64,000 nucleotides of DNA from the human T2T-CHM13v2.0 reference genome, Homo sapiens: assembly GCF_009914755.1 (NCBI RefSeq), contig NC_060927.1. One strand, written 5' to 3'. The notes below the pieces were generated by a model. The model was not told the DNA's origin and searched no databases. It worked only from the letters and a program-made list of their open reading frames with translations. Positions 1 through 15,963 of the stretch are shown piece after piece. Within the stretch, counting starts at the first letter, position 1. Each line of letters opens with the position of its first letter. Made by a program: the position numbers and the translations under genes.

Positions 1-1793
1 CAATAGATCTCAAATCTTGTTCCTGCCGTCTAGCTGAAACTTCATACCCTTTGACCAGTAGTAACTCCCCATTCTCTCACTCCCCTGACTCCAGTATCTG
101 GTAACCATCCTTCTATTTTCTACTTTTGTGAATTCAGCATTCTTAAGATTTCACATATAAGTGAGATCATGTGGTATTTATCTTTCTGTGCTTGGCTTAT
201 TTCACTTAGCATAATGTTCTTTAGATGCATCCACGTTGTCCCAAATGACAAAATTCCATTCTTTTTAAAGGCTGAATAGCATCATTCTATTGTGTATATA
301 TGCATTTTCTTTATCCATTCATCTATTGATGGACACTTAGATTGATTTCCTCTCTTGGGTATTGTAAATAATTCTGTAATAAACATGGGAATGCAGATAT
401 CCCTTTGACTACTGATTTCAATTCCTTTGGACATATTCCCAGAAGTGGGATTGCTGGATTATATGGCAGTTTTATTTTTAGTTTTTTGAGGAACTTCCAT
501 ACTTTTTTCCATAATGGCTGTACCAACTTACATTTACATCAGCAGTGTACAAATGTTCTCTTTTCTCCACATTTTCACCAATGCTTGTTTCATCTTTTTG
601 ATAAAAGCCATTCTAACAGGTGTGTGGTGATATCTCCTTGTGGTTTTAATTTGCATTTTCCTGATGAGTGGTAATGCTGAGTATTTTCTTGTAAACCTGC
701 TGGCCATCTGTATGCCTTTTTTTGAGAAGTATCTGCTGAAGTCTTTTGCCCATGGATTATTTGTTTTCCTGCTATTGAGTTGTTTGAGTTCATTATATAT
801 TTTGAGTATTAACCCCTTATCAAATGTACGGTTTCCAAATACTTTTTCTCATTCTGTGTGGGCTGTCTCTTCTAAACTTGGCAGATTGTTTCTTTGGCTG
901 TGCAGAAGCTTTTAAGTTTGATGCAATCTCATTTGTCTATTTTTGGTTTTGTTGCCTGAGCTTTCAGGGTCATATAAAAAAAAATCTTTGCCCAGACCAA
1001 TGTTAAGGAGTTTTTCCCTGTGTTTTGTTCTAGTAGTTTTATAGTTTCAGATCTTACATTTGAGCCTTCAGTGCATTTTGAGTTGATTTTTGTGCTTGGT
1101 GTAAGGTAAAGGTCTAATTTCATTCTTCTGCATGTGGATAACCAGATTTCCCAATGCCATTTATTGAATAGACTTTCCTTTCCTCATTGTGTGCCTGGCA
1201 CCTTTTCCAAAAATCAATTGACCATAAATAGGTGGGTTTATTTCTGGGCTTTCTACCTGTTCCATTGGTTGATGAGTCTGTTTTCATGCCAGAACCATGC
1301 TGTTTTGACCACAATTGCCTTATAGTATATTTTGAAGTGTGGTACTATGATGCCTCCAGCTTCATTCTTTTTACTCAGGATTGTTTCAGCTTCTCATGGT
1401 CTTTTGTAGTTCCATACACATTTAAGAATTATCTTTTCTATTTTTGTGACAAATGGCATTAGAATTTTAATAGGGATTTTATTGAAGATATAGATTTCTT
1501 TGAGTGGTGTGGACATTTTAACAATATTAATTCTTCTAATCTATGAACATGAGATATCTTTCCACTTATTGGTGTTTTCCTCAATTTCTTTCATCAGTGT
1601 TTTATAGTTTTTAGTATACAAGTCTTTTACCTCCTTAGTTAAATTTATACCCGGGTATTGCTGTGGCTCCTCTCGTTAATTCTTTCCAGGTAATGCATTA
1701 TTGGTGTATAAAAAATTACTGATGTTTGTATGTTGGATTTGTATACCGCAACTTTGCTGAATTTGTTGATCAGTTCTAACAGTTTTTTTGTGA

Positions 1794-2194
<401 letters not shown>

Positions 2195-3429
2195 TTGTTT
2201 CTTTCTCTTGCCTAATTGCTCTAGCTAGGACTTCCAATACTATGTTGAATAGAAGTCGTGAGAATGAGAATACTTGTTTTCCAGTTCTTGGAGGAAACGC
2301 TCTCAGCTTTTTACTGCTGAGTATGTTAGCTATGTGTCTGTCATACATTGCTTTTATTATGTTGAGGTACATTCTCTTTATAACTATTCTGTTGAGAGTT
2401 TTTATTACAAAAGGGTGTTGAATTTTGTGAAATTCTTTTTCTGCCTCTGTTGAGATGACCATATGGTTTTTATTCTTTATTTTGTTAGTGTAATGAGTCA
2501 CATTGATTGATTTTCATATTTTAACCACCTTGCATCTCAGGGATAAATCCCATTTAATCATGGCAAATGATTCCTTCAATGCATTGTTGAATTTGTTTTG
2601 CTAATATTTTGCTAAAGATTCTTGTATATATGTTCATCAGGAATATTGGCCTGTAAATTTTTCTTTTGTAGTGTTCTTGTCTGATTTGGGTATCAAGGAA
2701 ATGCTTGTCTCATAAAATCAGTTTGGAAGTATTCCCTCTTCCTTGATTTTGTGGAATAGTTTGAGAAAATTTGGTATTAGTTATTCTTCAGTTATTGGTA
2801 GGATTCAGCTGTGAAGCTATTAGGTTCTGAGCCTTTCTTTGATTTCTTGCTTATTTTATCTCCTTATTTTTTACTGGTCTCTTCAGATTTTCTATTTCTT
2901 CATGATTCAGTTTTAGTAGGTAGAATGTGTCTAGGAACTTATCTGTTTATCTAGATTGTCCAATTTTTTTGGCATATAATTATTCCAAGTAATTTGTCGC
3001 GATCTTTTGTATTTCTGTGTTATCAATTGCCTCCACTTTCATTTCTAATTTTATTTGAGTCACTCTATTTTTTCACTTAATCTAAGTAAGGGTTTATCAT
3101 TTTTATCTATCTTTTCAAAAAACAAATACTTAGTTTTATCTATTTTTTCTATTACTTTGCTAGTCTCTATTTCATTTATTTTTTTCTCTTTCTGCTCTTG
3201 TTATTTCTCTCTTTCTGCTAACGTTGTTCTTTTTCTAGTTCCTTGAGGTGTAATATTAGGTTGTTTATTTGAGATCTTTCTTTTTCTGATATAAGTATTT
3301 ATTGCTATAAAATTTCATCTTAGGACTGCTTCTGCTGCATGCTGTAAGTTTTGATATGATATATTTTCATTTTTGTCTCAAGGTACATTTTTCGTTCCTT
3401 TTTTATTTCTTTTGTGACTCTGGTCTTGT

Positions 3430-3546
3430 AATCAGGCAAGGGAGAGAAATAAAAGGCATCGAATAGGTAAGGAAGAAGTGAAATTTTCTCTCTTCACTGA
3501 TGACATAATCTTATAAACACATAAAAATCATAAAAATTCCACAAAA
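3430..3546 (+). mobile_element. Short inverted L1 ORF2 RT fragment embedded in the minus-strand L1
   Basis: aatcaggcaagggagagaaataaaaggcatc...gatgacataatc corresponds to the [10 protein letters not shown]...FADDMI region, in the opposite orientation to the host. Confidence 0.85.
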
Positions 3547-4194
3547 TTTCCACATACTAATTTCCACATTTGTGAATTTTCCAATATTTCCCGAGATTTC
3601 TCTTGTTATTGATTTCCAGTTTCATGGCATTGTGATTGGAAAAGATACTTGCTATGATTTGAATCGCCTTAAATTTGATAAGATTTGTTTTGTGGCCTAA
3701 CGTGGTCCTGGAGAATGTTCCATTGAGAAGAAAGTGTATTCTGTTTCTGTTGGATGCAATGTTCTGCATATGTCTGTTAGGTACATTTGTTCTAAAGTGT
3801 AATTCAAGTCCAGTGTTTCCTCGTTGATTTTCTAACTAGATGGTCTGTTATAAAAAATGAATACCCGTACTATTATTGCATTGCAGTCTACCTCCTCTTT
3901 GAAATCACTTAATAATTGCTTTATGTATTTAGGTGCTTTGATGTTGGATGAATATATTTACAATTGTTATGTCCTCTTGATGAATTGACTCCTTTATCAT
4001 TATATAATGGCCTTTTTGATCTCTTTTGATAGGTTTTGAATTACAGTCTATTTTTCCTTATATAAGTATAGCTAACCCTGCTCTCTTTTGGTTTCCATAT
4101 GCATGGAATATCTTTTTCAGTCCCTTCATGTACAGTCTATGTGTGTCCTAGTGAGGTGAGTCTCCTGTAGACAGCATATGATTGAATATTGGTA

Positions 4195-4574
<380 letters not shown>

Positions 4575-5123
4575 TAGTGACAGGTAAAGGACTTGCTACT
4601 GCCATTTTGTAATTTGTTTTCTGGTTGTTTTATAGATTCTCTGTTTCTTTCTTCCTCTCTTGCTGTCTCCTTTTGTGGTTTAAAGGTTTTCAGTGGTGGT
4701 CTGTTTTTAATTCTTTATTTTTATATTTTATGCATCTATTATAGTTTTTTGCTTTATGGTTACCATAAAACTTATATAAAACATCTTAAACTTAAAACAG
4801 GCTATTTTAAACTGATAACAATTATAATTGCAAGCAAAAGCTCTACACTTTACTCCTTCTCCCTACCTTTTGTGCTTTTGATGTCAAAATTTTCCTTTTC
4901 TTATAATTTGTATCCCTTAACAATCTATTGTAGCTACAATTTTTAGTAGTTTTATTTTAGCCCTCATAGTAGAGATAAAATTGCTTTACACATAACCTTT
5001 ATTTACATTTTTGGTGTATTCTGAATATGACTACGTATTTCTTCTACCATTAAGTTTTTTATTTTATATGTTGTGTATTATTAGTTAGTAGTCTTTTGTT
5101 TCCACTTAAAGAACTCCCTTTAG

Positions 5124-5197
5124 AGGCAGAGGTTGCAGTCAGCTGAGATTGTGCCACTGCACTCCAGCCCGGGTGATGGAGCAAGACTCTGTCTCAG

Positions 5198-5224
<27 letters not shown>
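5124..5224 (+). mobile_element. 5'-truncated Alu with perfect 16-bp TSD
   Basis: Right-arm end plus a pure A tail. aaagaactccctttag occurs at both 5108-5123 and 5222-5237. Confidence 0.92.
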
Positions 5225-5229
<5 letters not shown>

Positions 5230-6095
5230 CCCTTTAGCAATCCCTGTAGAGTGGGCCTAGTGGTGATGGTAAACTCCCTTAGCTTTCATTTGGAAAATTT
5301 TATTTCTCCCTTATTCTGAAGGACAGCTTTGCTGGGTAAAGTATTCTTGATTGGCAGTTGTCTATTATCCTTCAGCACTTTGAATGTATCATCCCACTGT
5401 CTCCTAGACTACAAGGTTTCTACTTAGAAATTCACTGATAGCTATATTGAGACTCTGTTCAGTATGATATGCCTCTTATTTCTTGCTGCTTTCAGTATTC
5501 TTTCTTTGTCTTTAATTTTTGATAATTTGAATGTGATGTGTCTTGGTGAACTTGTCTTTGAGTTAAATTTGAAAAGTGATCTCTAAGCTTCCTGTACCTG
5601 GATATTGTCATCTTTTCCTAGATTTGGGAAATTTTCAGCCATTATTATCTTAAATAAATTTTCTGGTTCTTTTTCTTTTTCTTTTCCCTAGGGAACTCCT
5701 ATTATGCGTAGATCTGTTTTCTTGATAATGTCCCATAATTACCATAGGCCTTTTCCATTGTTTTTCTTTCTTTTTTTTCTTTTCATTCCTCTGACTAATT
5801 TAAATGTCCTGTATTCAGGTTCACTGATTCTTCTTCTGCTGGTCAAGACCTGCTATTGACACTTTCTATTAATTTCAGAAATTTAGTTATTGTATTCTTT
5901 AGCTTTATAATTTCTATTTGGGTTTTTTATTGTTTATATTTTTGTCAAACTTCACATTTAGTACATGAATTGTTTCCCAGAATTTCATTCAATTTTTCAT
6001 CTGTATTTTCTTGTGGTTCTCTGAACTTCTGAATTCTTTATCAGTCATGTCATAAATCTCCACTTCTTCAGAGTCCACTATTAGAACTTTATTAG

Positions 6096-6532
<437 letters not shown>

Positions 6533-6638
6533 TAGGATTCTAGTTGGGCCAGTAGGTGGTGACAGGTAGACCTTGCATGTTCTCTAGTTGGGCTGGGCTG
6601 TTAACTGTGTTCTGGCGTCAAGCAAAACTTCTGGCTGT

Positions 6639-9600
6639 AATAGCAATCACTATAGTCTGACTCTCAGGAGGTCTTCCTCTTAGGAAAAGGGGGAGAGTAC
6701 CACATCACGGGAACACCGTGTGGGACAAAATAATCTGGGTGACAGGCCTTGAGTCCCAGATCATTCCTGTGGGAAAGTTTCTTTCAGCAGAGACACAATT
6801 GCAGTACTGGACTCAGCAGGGGACATCTGTGTCTCTATCCAACAGTCAGACAGGCTTGGTGCTCATGAAAGGTCTTAGAGAAAGGGTCCTCTTTCCCCAC
6901 TTGTCCACCACTGCAGACACAGCTGGGGCTTCTCTCACGGGAACTCTGTGTGGATTCACCTACAGACAGCCTTCCTGGAACACTTCAGGGCAACTGCATC
7001 CCCACAGAAGGAGCATTCCCCAGGTTTGGGCTTGCACAAGAAGCAGACTCACAATTTCTCTCTACTTGAAACACCAATATTCCTACAGACAAAAAGAAGT
7101 GCCTGTATAATCTGAATAGCTGGAACACTGGGACAGGTGTGAGGCTGGGAGGTGGATAGCTTTTCTGCTGGCCTGGCAGGGGAGCTGAGATAGCTCCCAA
7201 CCTTCACTCTGATAAGACCTCAGTGCATCTATTTGGGAGCTCCCCAAGCAACCTTAATCAAGGCTGGGATCTCTGCCCACCATTGGGTATTGCATTTACC
7301 CACTTGCTTTAGCTACAACCGGTTCCTACCCAGGGATACAATTCCACCCCTACTGTCCTGAAGCTTGAGCCATTAACTCAGTAAATAAAATAATGGAGAA
7401 AAAATAAATAAATATGAGTGCACAACACAGGGAAATGAGATAAGCTTCAAAAGACCCCTACCATTCCAATCCCACAGGAGACAATGAACTTGCCTATACC
7501 AAGTACATACATACTACAAGTAGCATCTGAGACAGCCATCACACAAAGACTCTCTATAAGCAAGGAATTCTTACAGAATCTTCACTCATAAAAGCACCAA
7601 GAACCAAATTCAGCTGTAATAAACTATAAATATTGAAGTCACATCCTTAAGAGAAAAAAAAAGAAATTAAAAAAAATGAAACCAAAAATAAATTCAAGAA
7701 CAATTACAAGAAATAGTCTACCCAAATGAGAAGGAACCAGAAAAGAGATTCTGGTAATATGACAAAATGGGGTTCTATAATGCCCTGAAAAGATCATACT
7801 AGCTCCCCATCTCTGGATCCAAAGCAAGATGAAATCTTTGAAATACCAGATAAGGAATTCAGAAGGTTTATTATTAAGCTGCTCAAGGAGATACTGGAGA
7901 AAGGTGAAAACCAACATAAAGAAATTTAAAAATCAATACAGGATGTGGATGAGAAATTTTCCAGAGAGATAGATATAAGGAAAAACTAATCAGAATATCT
8001 GGAAATGAAAGACACACTTAGGGAAATAAAAATACAGTGGAAAGTTTCAACAATGAACTAGAACAATAGAAGAAAGAATTTCAGAGCTTGAAGACAAGGC
8101 TTTTGAATTAGCCCAATCAGATAAAGATAAAGAATCAAAAGAACAAAGTCTCCAAGAAATATGGGACTACGTAAAATGGCCAAACCTAAGAAGAGTTGTT
8201 GTTCCTGAGGGAACAGAGAAGGATAAAAGTTTGGAAAACGTATTTGAAGTAATAATTGAGAAAAAGTTTCCTGGCCTCACTAGAGATTTAGATATCCAAG
8301 TACAGGAAGCTCCTAGAACATCTGAGAAATTAATTGCAAAAAGATCATCACCAAGGCAAAAAGTGATCAGGCTATCTAAAGTTAATATGAAGGAAAGAAT
8401 TCTAAGAGCTGTGAGACAAAAGCATCAGGTAACCTATAAAGGAAAACATATCAGGCTAATAACAGACTTCTCAGCAGAAACCTTACAAGCTAGAAGAGAT
8501 TGGGTGTCCTATCTTTAGACCCCTTAAACACAATAATTGTCAGTCAAGAGTTTCGTATCCAGCAAAACTAAGCTTCATAAATTAGAGCAAAATAAAGTCT
8601 TTTTCAGACAAACAAATGCTGGGGTTATTTGCCACTACCAAACCAGCACTACAAGAAATGCTAAAAGGTGTTTTAAATTGTGAAAGAAAAGCTTGATATG
8701 CACCAAAATAGAACTTCCTGAAAGCATAAAACTATAAGGCCTATAAAATGTAATGAATGTATGAATGTAAATGGCCTAAATGCTCCACTTAAAAGGTACA
8801 GAATGGCAGAATGGATTAAAAAAAAACATAAACTAGATATCTTCTGTCTTCAAGAGACTCACCTAACACATAAAAATTCATGTAAACTCAGGGTAAAGGA
8901 GTGGAAAAAGATATTCCACACAAATGGAAACCAAAAGTAAGCCAGAGTAGCTATTGTTATATCAGACAAAACAGATTTTAAAGCAACAACAGCCAAACAC
9001 AAGCAAACAAAATACAAAGAATAACATTATATAATGATAAAAGGATCAGTCCAACAAGAAGATATTACAACCATAAATTTATATGCACCTAACACCAGAG
9101 TTCCAAGATTTATGAAACAATCACTACTAAATCAAAGAAATGAGATAGACAGCAACACAGTAATAGTGGGAAATTTCCATACTCCACTGACAGCACTAGA
9201 AAGATCACTGAGACAGAAAGTTAACAAAGAAGCAGTGGACTTCAACTATATGCTAGAACAAATGGACTTAACAGATATTTACAGAACATTCTACTCAACT
9301 ACTGGAGAATATACATTCTTCTTATCAGAACATGGAACATTCTCCAAGATAGACTGTATCATAAGCCACAAAACAAGTCTCAATAAATATAAGAAAATCG
9401 AAATCATGTCAAGTATCTTCTCAGACCACAGTAGAATAAAACTGGAAATCAACTCCAAAAGGAACCTTCAAAACTATAAAATACATGGAAATTAAATCAT
9501 CTGCTCTTGAATGATTTTGGTGTTAATAATGAAATCAAGATGAAAATTTAAAAATTATTTGAAATGAATGATAATAACCGACACAAGTTATCAAAACCTC

Positions 9601-12600
9601 TGGGATACAGCAAAAGCAGTGCTAAGAGGAAAGTTCATAGCATTAAACGCCTACATCAAAAAGTCTGAAAGAACACAAATTGACAACCAAATTTTACACC
9701 TCAGGGAACAAGAGAAACAGGATCAAACTAAACCCAAAGCCAGGAGAAGAAAAGAAATAAAGATCAAAGTGGAACTAAACAAAATTGAAACAACAACAAC
9801 AACAATAAAAAATACAAAAGACAAATCAAACAAAAAGCTGGTTCTTTGAAAAGATAAACAAAGTTGGTAGACTGTTAGTGTGATTAACCAATAAAAGAAG
9901 AGAGAAGATCCAAGTAAGCTCAAATAGAAATGAAACTGGAGACATTACACAGAATACCACAGAAATACAAAAGATCATTCAAGACAACTATGAACAGCTT
10001 TATGTGCACAAACTAGAAAATCTAGAGGAAATGGATAAATTCCTGGAAACATATAACCTTCCTAGATTAAATCAGGAGGAAATAGAAATCCTGAACAGAC
10101 CAATAACAAGCAGTGGACTGAATCCGTAATAAAAAAAATTGCTGACACAAAAAAGGTCCAGGACCACAGAGTTTCACAGCTGAATTCTACCAGACATTCA
10201 AAGAATTGGTACCAATCCTACTGAAACTATTCCAAAAGATAGGGAAAGAGGGAATCCTCCCCAAATCATTCTATCAAGCCAGTATCGCCCTAATACCCAG
10301 ACTAGAAAAGGACATAATAAAGAAAACTACAGACAAATATCCCTGATGAACAAAGATGCACAAATCCTCAACAAAATACTAGCCAACTGAATCCAACAGC
10401 ACATCAGACAGATAGTATATCACGATCAAGTGAGTTTCATCCCAAGGATGCAGGGATGGTTTAACATACACAAATCAATAAATGTGATAAATCACATAAA
10501 CAGAATTAAAAGCAAATGCTATATGATCATCTCAATAGATGCAGAAAAAGCATTTGATAAAATCCAGCATCATTTTATGATAAAAACCCTCTACACACTA
10601 GGCATAGAAGAGACTTACCTCAAAATAATAAAAACCGTCTATGACAAAGCCACAGCCAACATCATACTGAATGGGAGAAAGTTGAAAGCATTCCCCCTGA
10701 GTACTGGAGCAAGACAGGGATGCCCACTTTAACCACTTCTGTTCAACATAGTACTGGAAGTCCTAGCCAGAGCAATCAGGCAAGAGAAAGAAATAAAGTC
10801 ATCCAATTTGGAAAAGAGGAAGTTAAACTATCACTGTTTGCTGATGATATGATGGTATACATACAAAACCCTAATGACTCATCCAAAAGCCTCCTAGATC
10901 TGATCAACAAATGCAGTAAAGCCTCAGGTTACAAAATCATTGTACACAAATCAGTACCACTGCTATACACCAACAACGACCAAACTGAGAATCAAATCAA
11001 GAACTCAATCCCTTTTACAAAGCTGCAAAAAAAAAGTAAAATACCTAGAAATATAGTTAACCAAGGAGGTGAAAGATCTCTACAAGGAAAACTACAAAAC
11101 CCTGCTGAAAGAAATCACAGATGGCACGAACAAATGAGAACATGCCTCAAGTTTATGGATGGAAAGAATTAATAATGTGAAAATGACCACACTGCCCAAA
11201 GCAAACTACAGATTCAATGGAATTCCCATCAAAATGCCATAATCACTTTTCACAGAACTAGAAAAAAGCAATACTAAAATTCACATGGAACCAAAAAAGA
11301 GCCCACATAGCCAAAGCAATACTAAGAAAAAAAAAATCTGGAGGCATCATATTCCAACTTGAAATTATACTACAAGGCTATACTTACCAAAACAGCATGG
11401 TACTAGTATAAAAATAGGCAGGTAGACCAATAGAACAGGACAGATAACCCAGAAATAAACCACATATTTATAGCCAGCTGATCTTAAACAAAGCATACAA
11501 AAACACAAATTTGGGAAAGGAAATCCTATTCAATAAATGGTGCTAGGAAAACTGGCAAGCCACCTGTGGAAGAATGAAACCATCTGCATCTCTCACCTTA
11601 TACAAAAACCAACTCAAGATGGATCAAAGGCCTAAATCTAAGACCTGAAACCATAACAATTCTAGAAAATAACATTAGACAAACTCTTCTGGACATTGGC
11701 ATACACAAAGGATTCATGACTCAGACCCCAAAAGCAAATGCAACAAAAACAAAAATAAATAAATGGGAACTGATTAAACTAAAAAGCTTTTGCACAGCAA
11801 AATAAATAATCAGCAAACAGACAACCCACAGAGTGGGAGAAAATATTTCAAACTACACATTCAATGAAGAACTAGTATCCAGAATCTACAAGGAATTCAA
11901 ACAAATCCACAAGTAAAAGACCAAATAATCCCTTCAAAAAGTGGGAAAAGGGCAGGAGTAGATAATTCTCAAAAGAAGTATACAAACATATGAAAAATGC
12001 TCATCATCATTAATCATCAGGGAAATGCAAATTAAAACCACAATGAGATACAACCTTACGCCGGCAAGAATGGCCATAATTAAAAAATAAAAAATAAATA
12101 AAAAAAAAACGGATGTTCACGAGGATATGATGAAAAGGGAACACTTTTACACTGCTGGTGGGAATGTAAATTAGCACAACGTCTATGGCGAGCCCTTAAA
12201 AAAACTGAAAGCAGATTCACCATTCAATCCAGCAATCCCACTACTGGGTGTCTACACAAAGGAAAAGAAGCCATTATATGAAACGGACACACACACACAC
12301 ATATTTATAGCAGCACGATTCACAATTGTGAAGATATGGAACCAGCCTAAGTGCCCATCAACCAATGAGTAGATAAAGAAAATGTGGTATATGGAATACT
12401 ACCCAGCCATAAAAAGGAATGAAATAATATCTTTTGAAGCAACTTGGATGGGGCCAGAGGCCATTATTCTAAGTGAAATTACTCAGGAATGGAAAATCAA
12501 ATACCATATGTTCTCACTTACAAGTGGTAGCTAAGCTATGAGGATACAAAGATATACAGTGTGATATAATGGACTTTGGAGACATGGGGCAGGGAAGGTT

Positions 12601-12750
12601 CGGGGCAGTGAGGGATAAAAGACTACATATTTGATACTGTGTACACAGCTCGGGTGACAGGTGCACTAAAATCTCAGACTTCACCACTGTGGAATTCATC
12701 CATGTAACCAAAAACCACTTGTACCCCCAAAAGCTACTGAAATAAAGTAA
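6639..12750 (+). mobile_element. Near full-length L1PB-type LINE-1 (partial 5'UTR, ORF1, ORF2, 3'UTR), inactive
   Basis: ORF1 fragment (8231-8518 RSSPRQKVIRLSKVNMKERILRAVRQK), endonuclease (9034-9495) and RT (10430-11172, [12 protein letters not shown]). L1PB-like 3'UTR ends aagctactgaaataaa at ~12746. Many stops and frameshifts. Confidence 0.93.
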
Positions 12751-12914
12751 TAATTTTAAGAAAGGAGAAATTAAATTTACCATATATATAAAAGAAATGA
12801 GTGTAATATTAAGGGCATGAAGTACAGAGAAAGACAACATTACAATTATTCAGAGAATTTATTGGAAATAGCTAGTATTAATAAAATGTTCTCCTTTAAA
12901 AAAAACAAACAAAC

Positions 12915-13929
12915 CTGAAATGCTGGCTGTGCTCCGCAGTCTGATGAGACCAGTGGCTGGACTCTGCAGTAAGGCTGAGCTGTTTGATTGCTCCTTGACA
13001 GGCCGTGTTGTAGGCTGTCTTCTCTGGTTGGCCAGTACTGCAGTTTTGAATCTGTAGTTTGGCAGGACTGCATGCTGGGCTCTGAGGCTGAGCAAGGCTT
13101 CTCGGATCACTACTTAACTACTCTGGGTGGACGGGGCCAGAGGCGATGCTTCACAGATATGCGTGAACTTGAGCTTGCTTCTCATCCCAGGATAACCTTA
13201 AGCAGAGCACTGAGGCTTGGTGTTTTAGCTCTTTGGCTGATGGAGCTGGGTGGGGCCAGATACTCCCTTTACAGATAATCACTGCCCTGCCCCTATCTCC
13301 CAGCCTGGGTAAATTTCAAGGAGGGTAACAGGACTGGCTGTGGAAGCTGGCCAGGTACCTGAATTTGAGAGACCAGTTGACTGTGCTTAGTCCAGAGCAG
13401 CGCTGTTGGCTAGCTTCTCTGGTGGTGCACCTCCACTGGCCTGAATGCAGGACAGCTGCCAAGATTCCTGCACTAGTTGATGTGAGCCCCACATCTGTTC
13501 TTTATCTCCAAGTGATCTCAGATGTCTAGCTCTGCTGATACTCCCAGTGCTTCCTGTGTGATGAGACAAGAGAACACTTCCTCTGAAGGGTCCCAGAATG
13601 GTGGCAAAGCTGAATGTTCACCTCCAACTCTCTCCTCCCTGTGTAACAACCATGGGTCCCAGAGAATCCTCTATGTGTGGCACGTTGCCAGCTTGGGGGA
13701 GGAGCAATGTGGCCAAAGTGAAACTACTCCTCTTATTCTTGGCATGCGGCTGTTCTCAGTTCTGCGGTATAAGGGGGTGTCTTAGCTTCACTCTCAAGTT
13801 CTGGAATATTCACAAGGGTGTTTTTGTCTGTGAGTAGTTGCCAGTGGATTTGTGTATGTATGTGTGGTGGGGGAGGAGAAATGGAGCTGGAAAATTCCTA
13901 TTCTGTCTTCTTGCTGATGTCATTCTCAA

Positions 13930-13930
<1 letters not shown>
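12915..13930 (-). mobile_element. Probable 5'UTR continuation of the old minus-strand L1M
   Basis: GC-richer ctggctg-repetitive sequence resembling the 6540-6638 flank. It ends in an L1 5'-start-like tattctgtcttcttgctgatgtca. Confidence 0.55.
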
Positions 13931-15070
<1,140 letters not shown>

Positions 15071-15656
15071 ATATCTCTTCATTAAAACTTGAAATAAATA
15101 TGTTACAGGAGTTTTACTTCAGCAGAATCTGGGTTCATTCAAACATGTGGCTCTCTCTCAGAGACCGGAAATAGGGACGCTACGGGCCTCCCCGTGCCCC
15201 ACCCGCCACCTGAGCAGTGTACACTGTACCAAATATGTAGTCTTGTATCCCTCACTGCCTCCAGCCTTCCATGCCCCAGGCCCCACTGGTAAGGAGCTCC
15301 CTGATCGTCCATAGGGGAGGGGGCAGAGCTTAGGTGAACCAGAGGCCTAAGTTCAAGGGGCCACAATAGAAGGGAATAGGAACACTGATTGTTCTATGGC
15401 CCTGTCTTGTGGGCTAGGAAGAGAGGACTACAGTGAAAATATGAGAAGACCCCATGAGTTCAGATTATCTGCAATACCTATGAAATATTGAAACCTCAGT
15501 GTGGCAATGAGAAGTCTGCAGCTTCAGTGGCAGCATCGTGGTAGTAGGAAGAGGCCACAAGAATGGTTGGTGTCTGGCATTAGTGCTCATAGAAGAAAGA
15601 CAGAAAAGGAGGAAAGTGATGGCTGTTATAATGAAAGGTTCAGTGCCTTTCTGTCC

Positions 15657-15963
15657 TTTTCTTTTTCTTTTTCTTTTTTTTTTGAGACAGAGTCTCGCTC
15701 TGTAGCCCAGGCTGGAGTGCAGTGGCGCGATCTCGGCTCACTCAAGCTCTGCCTCCTGGGTTCATGCCATTCTCCTGCCTCAGCCTCCCGAGTAGCTGGG
15801 ACTACAGGCGTCCGCCACCGCACCTGGCTAATTTTTTGTATTTTTAGTAGAGACGGGGTTTCACCGTGTTAGCCAGGCTGGTCTCGATCTCCTGACCTCA
15901 TGATCTGCCCTCCTTGGCCTCCCAAAGTGCTAGGATTACAGGTGTGAGCCACTGCACCCGGCC
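15657..15963 (-). mobile_element. AluY-like
   Basis: Contains caagctctgcctcctgggttcatgccattctcc and ccgtgttagccagg (Y-type diagnostics). Confidence 0.92.

Noticed and set aside
6639-12750. Possible retrotransposition-competent L1
   Set aside because: ORF1 and ORF2 are broken by many stops and frameshifts, and the subfamily is old.
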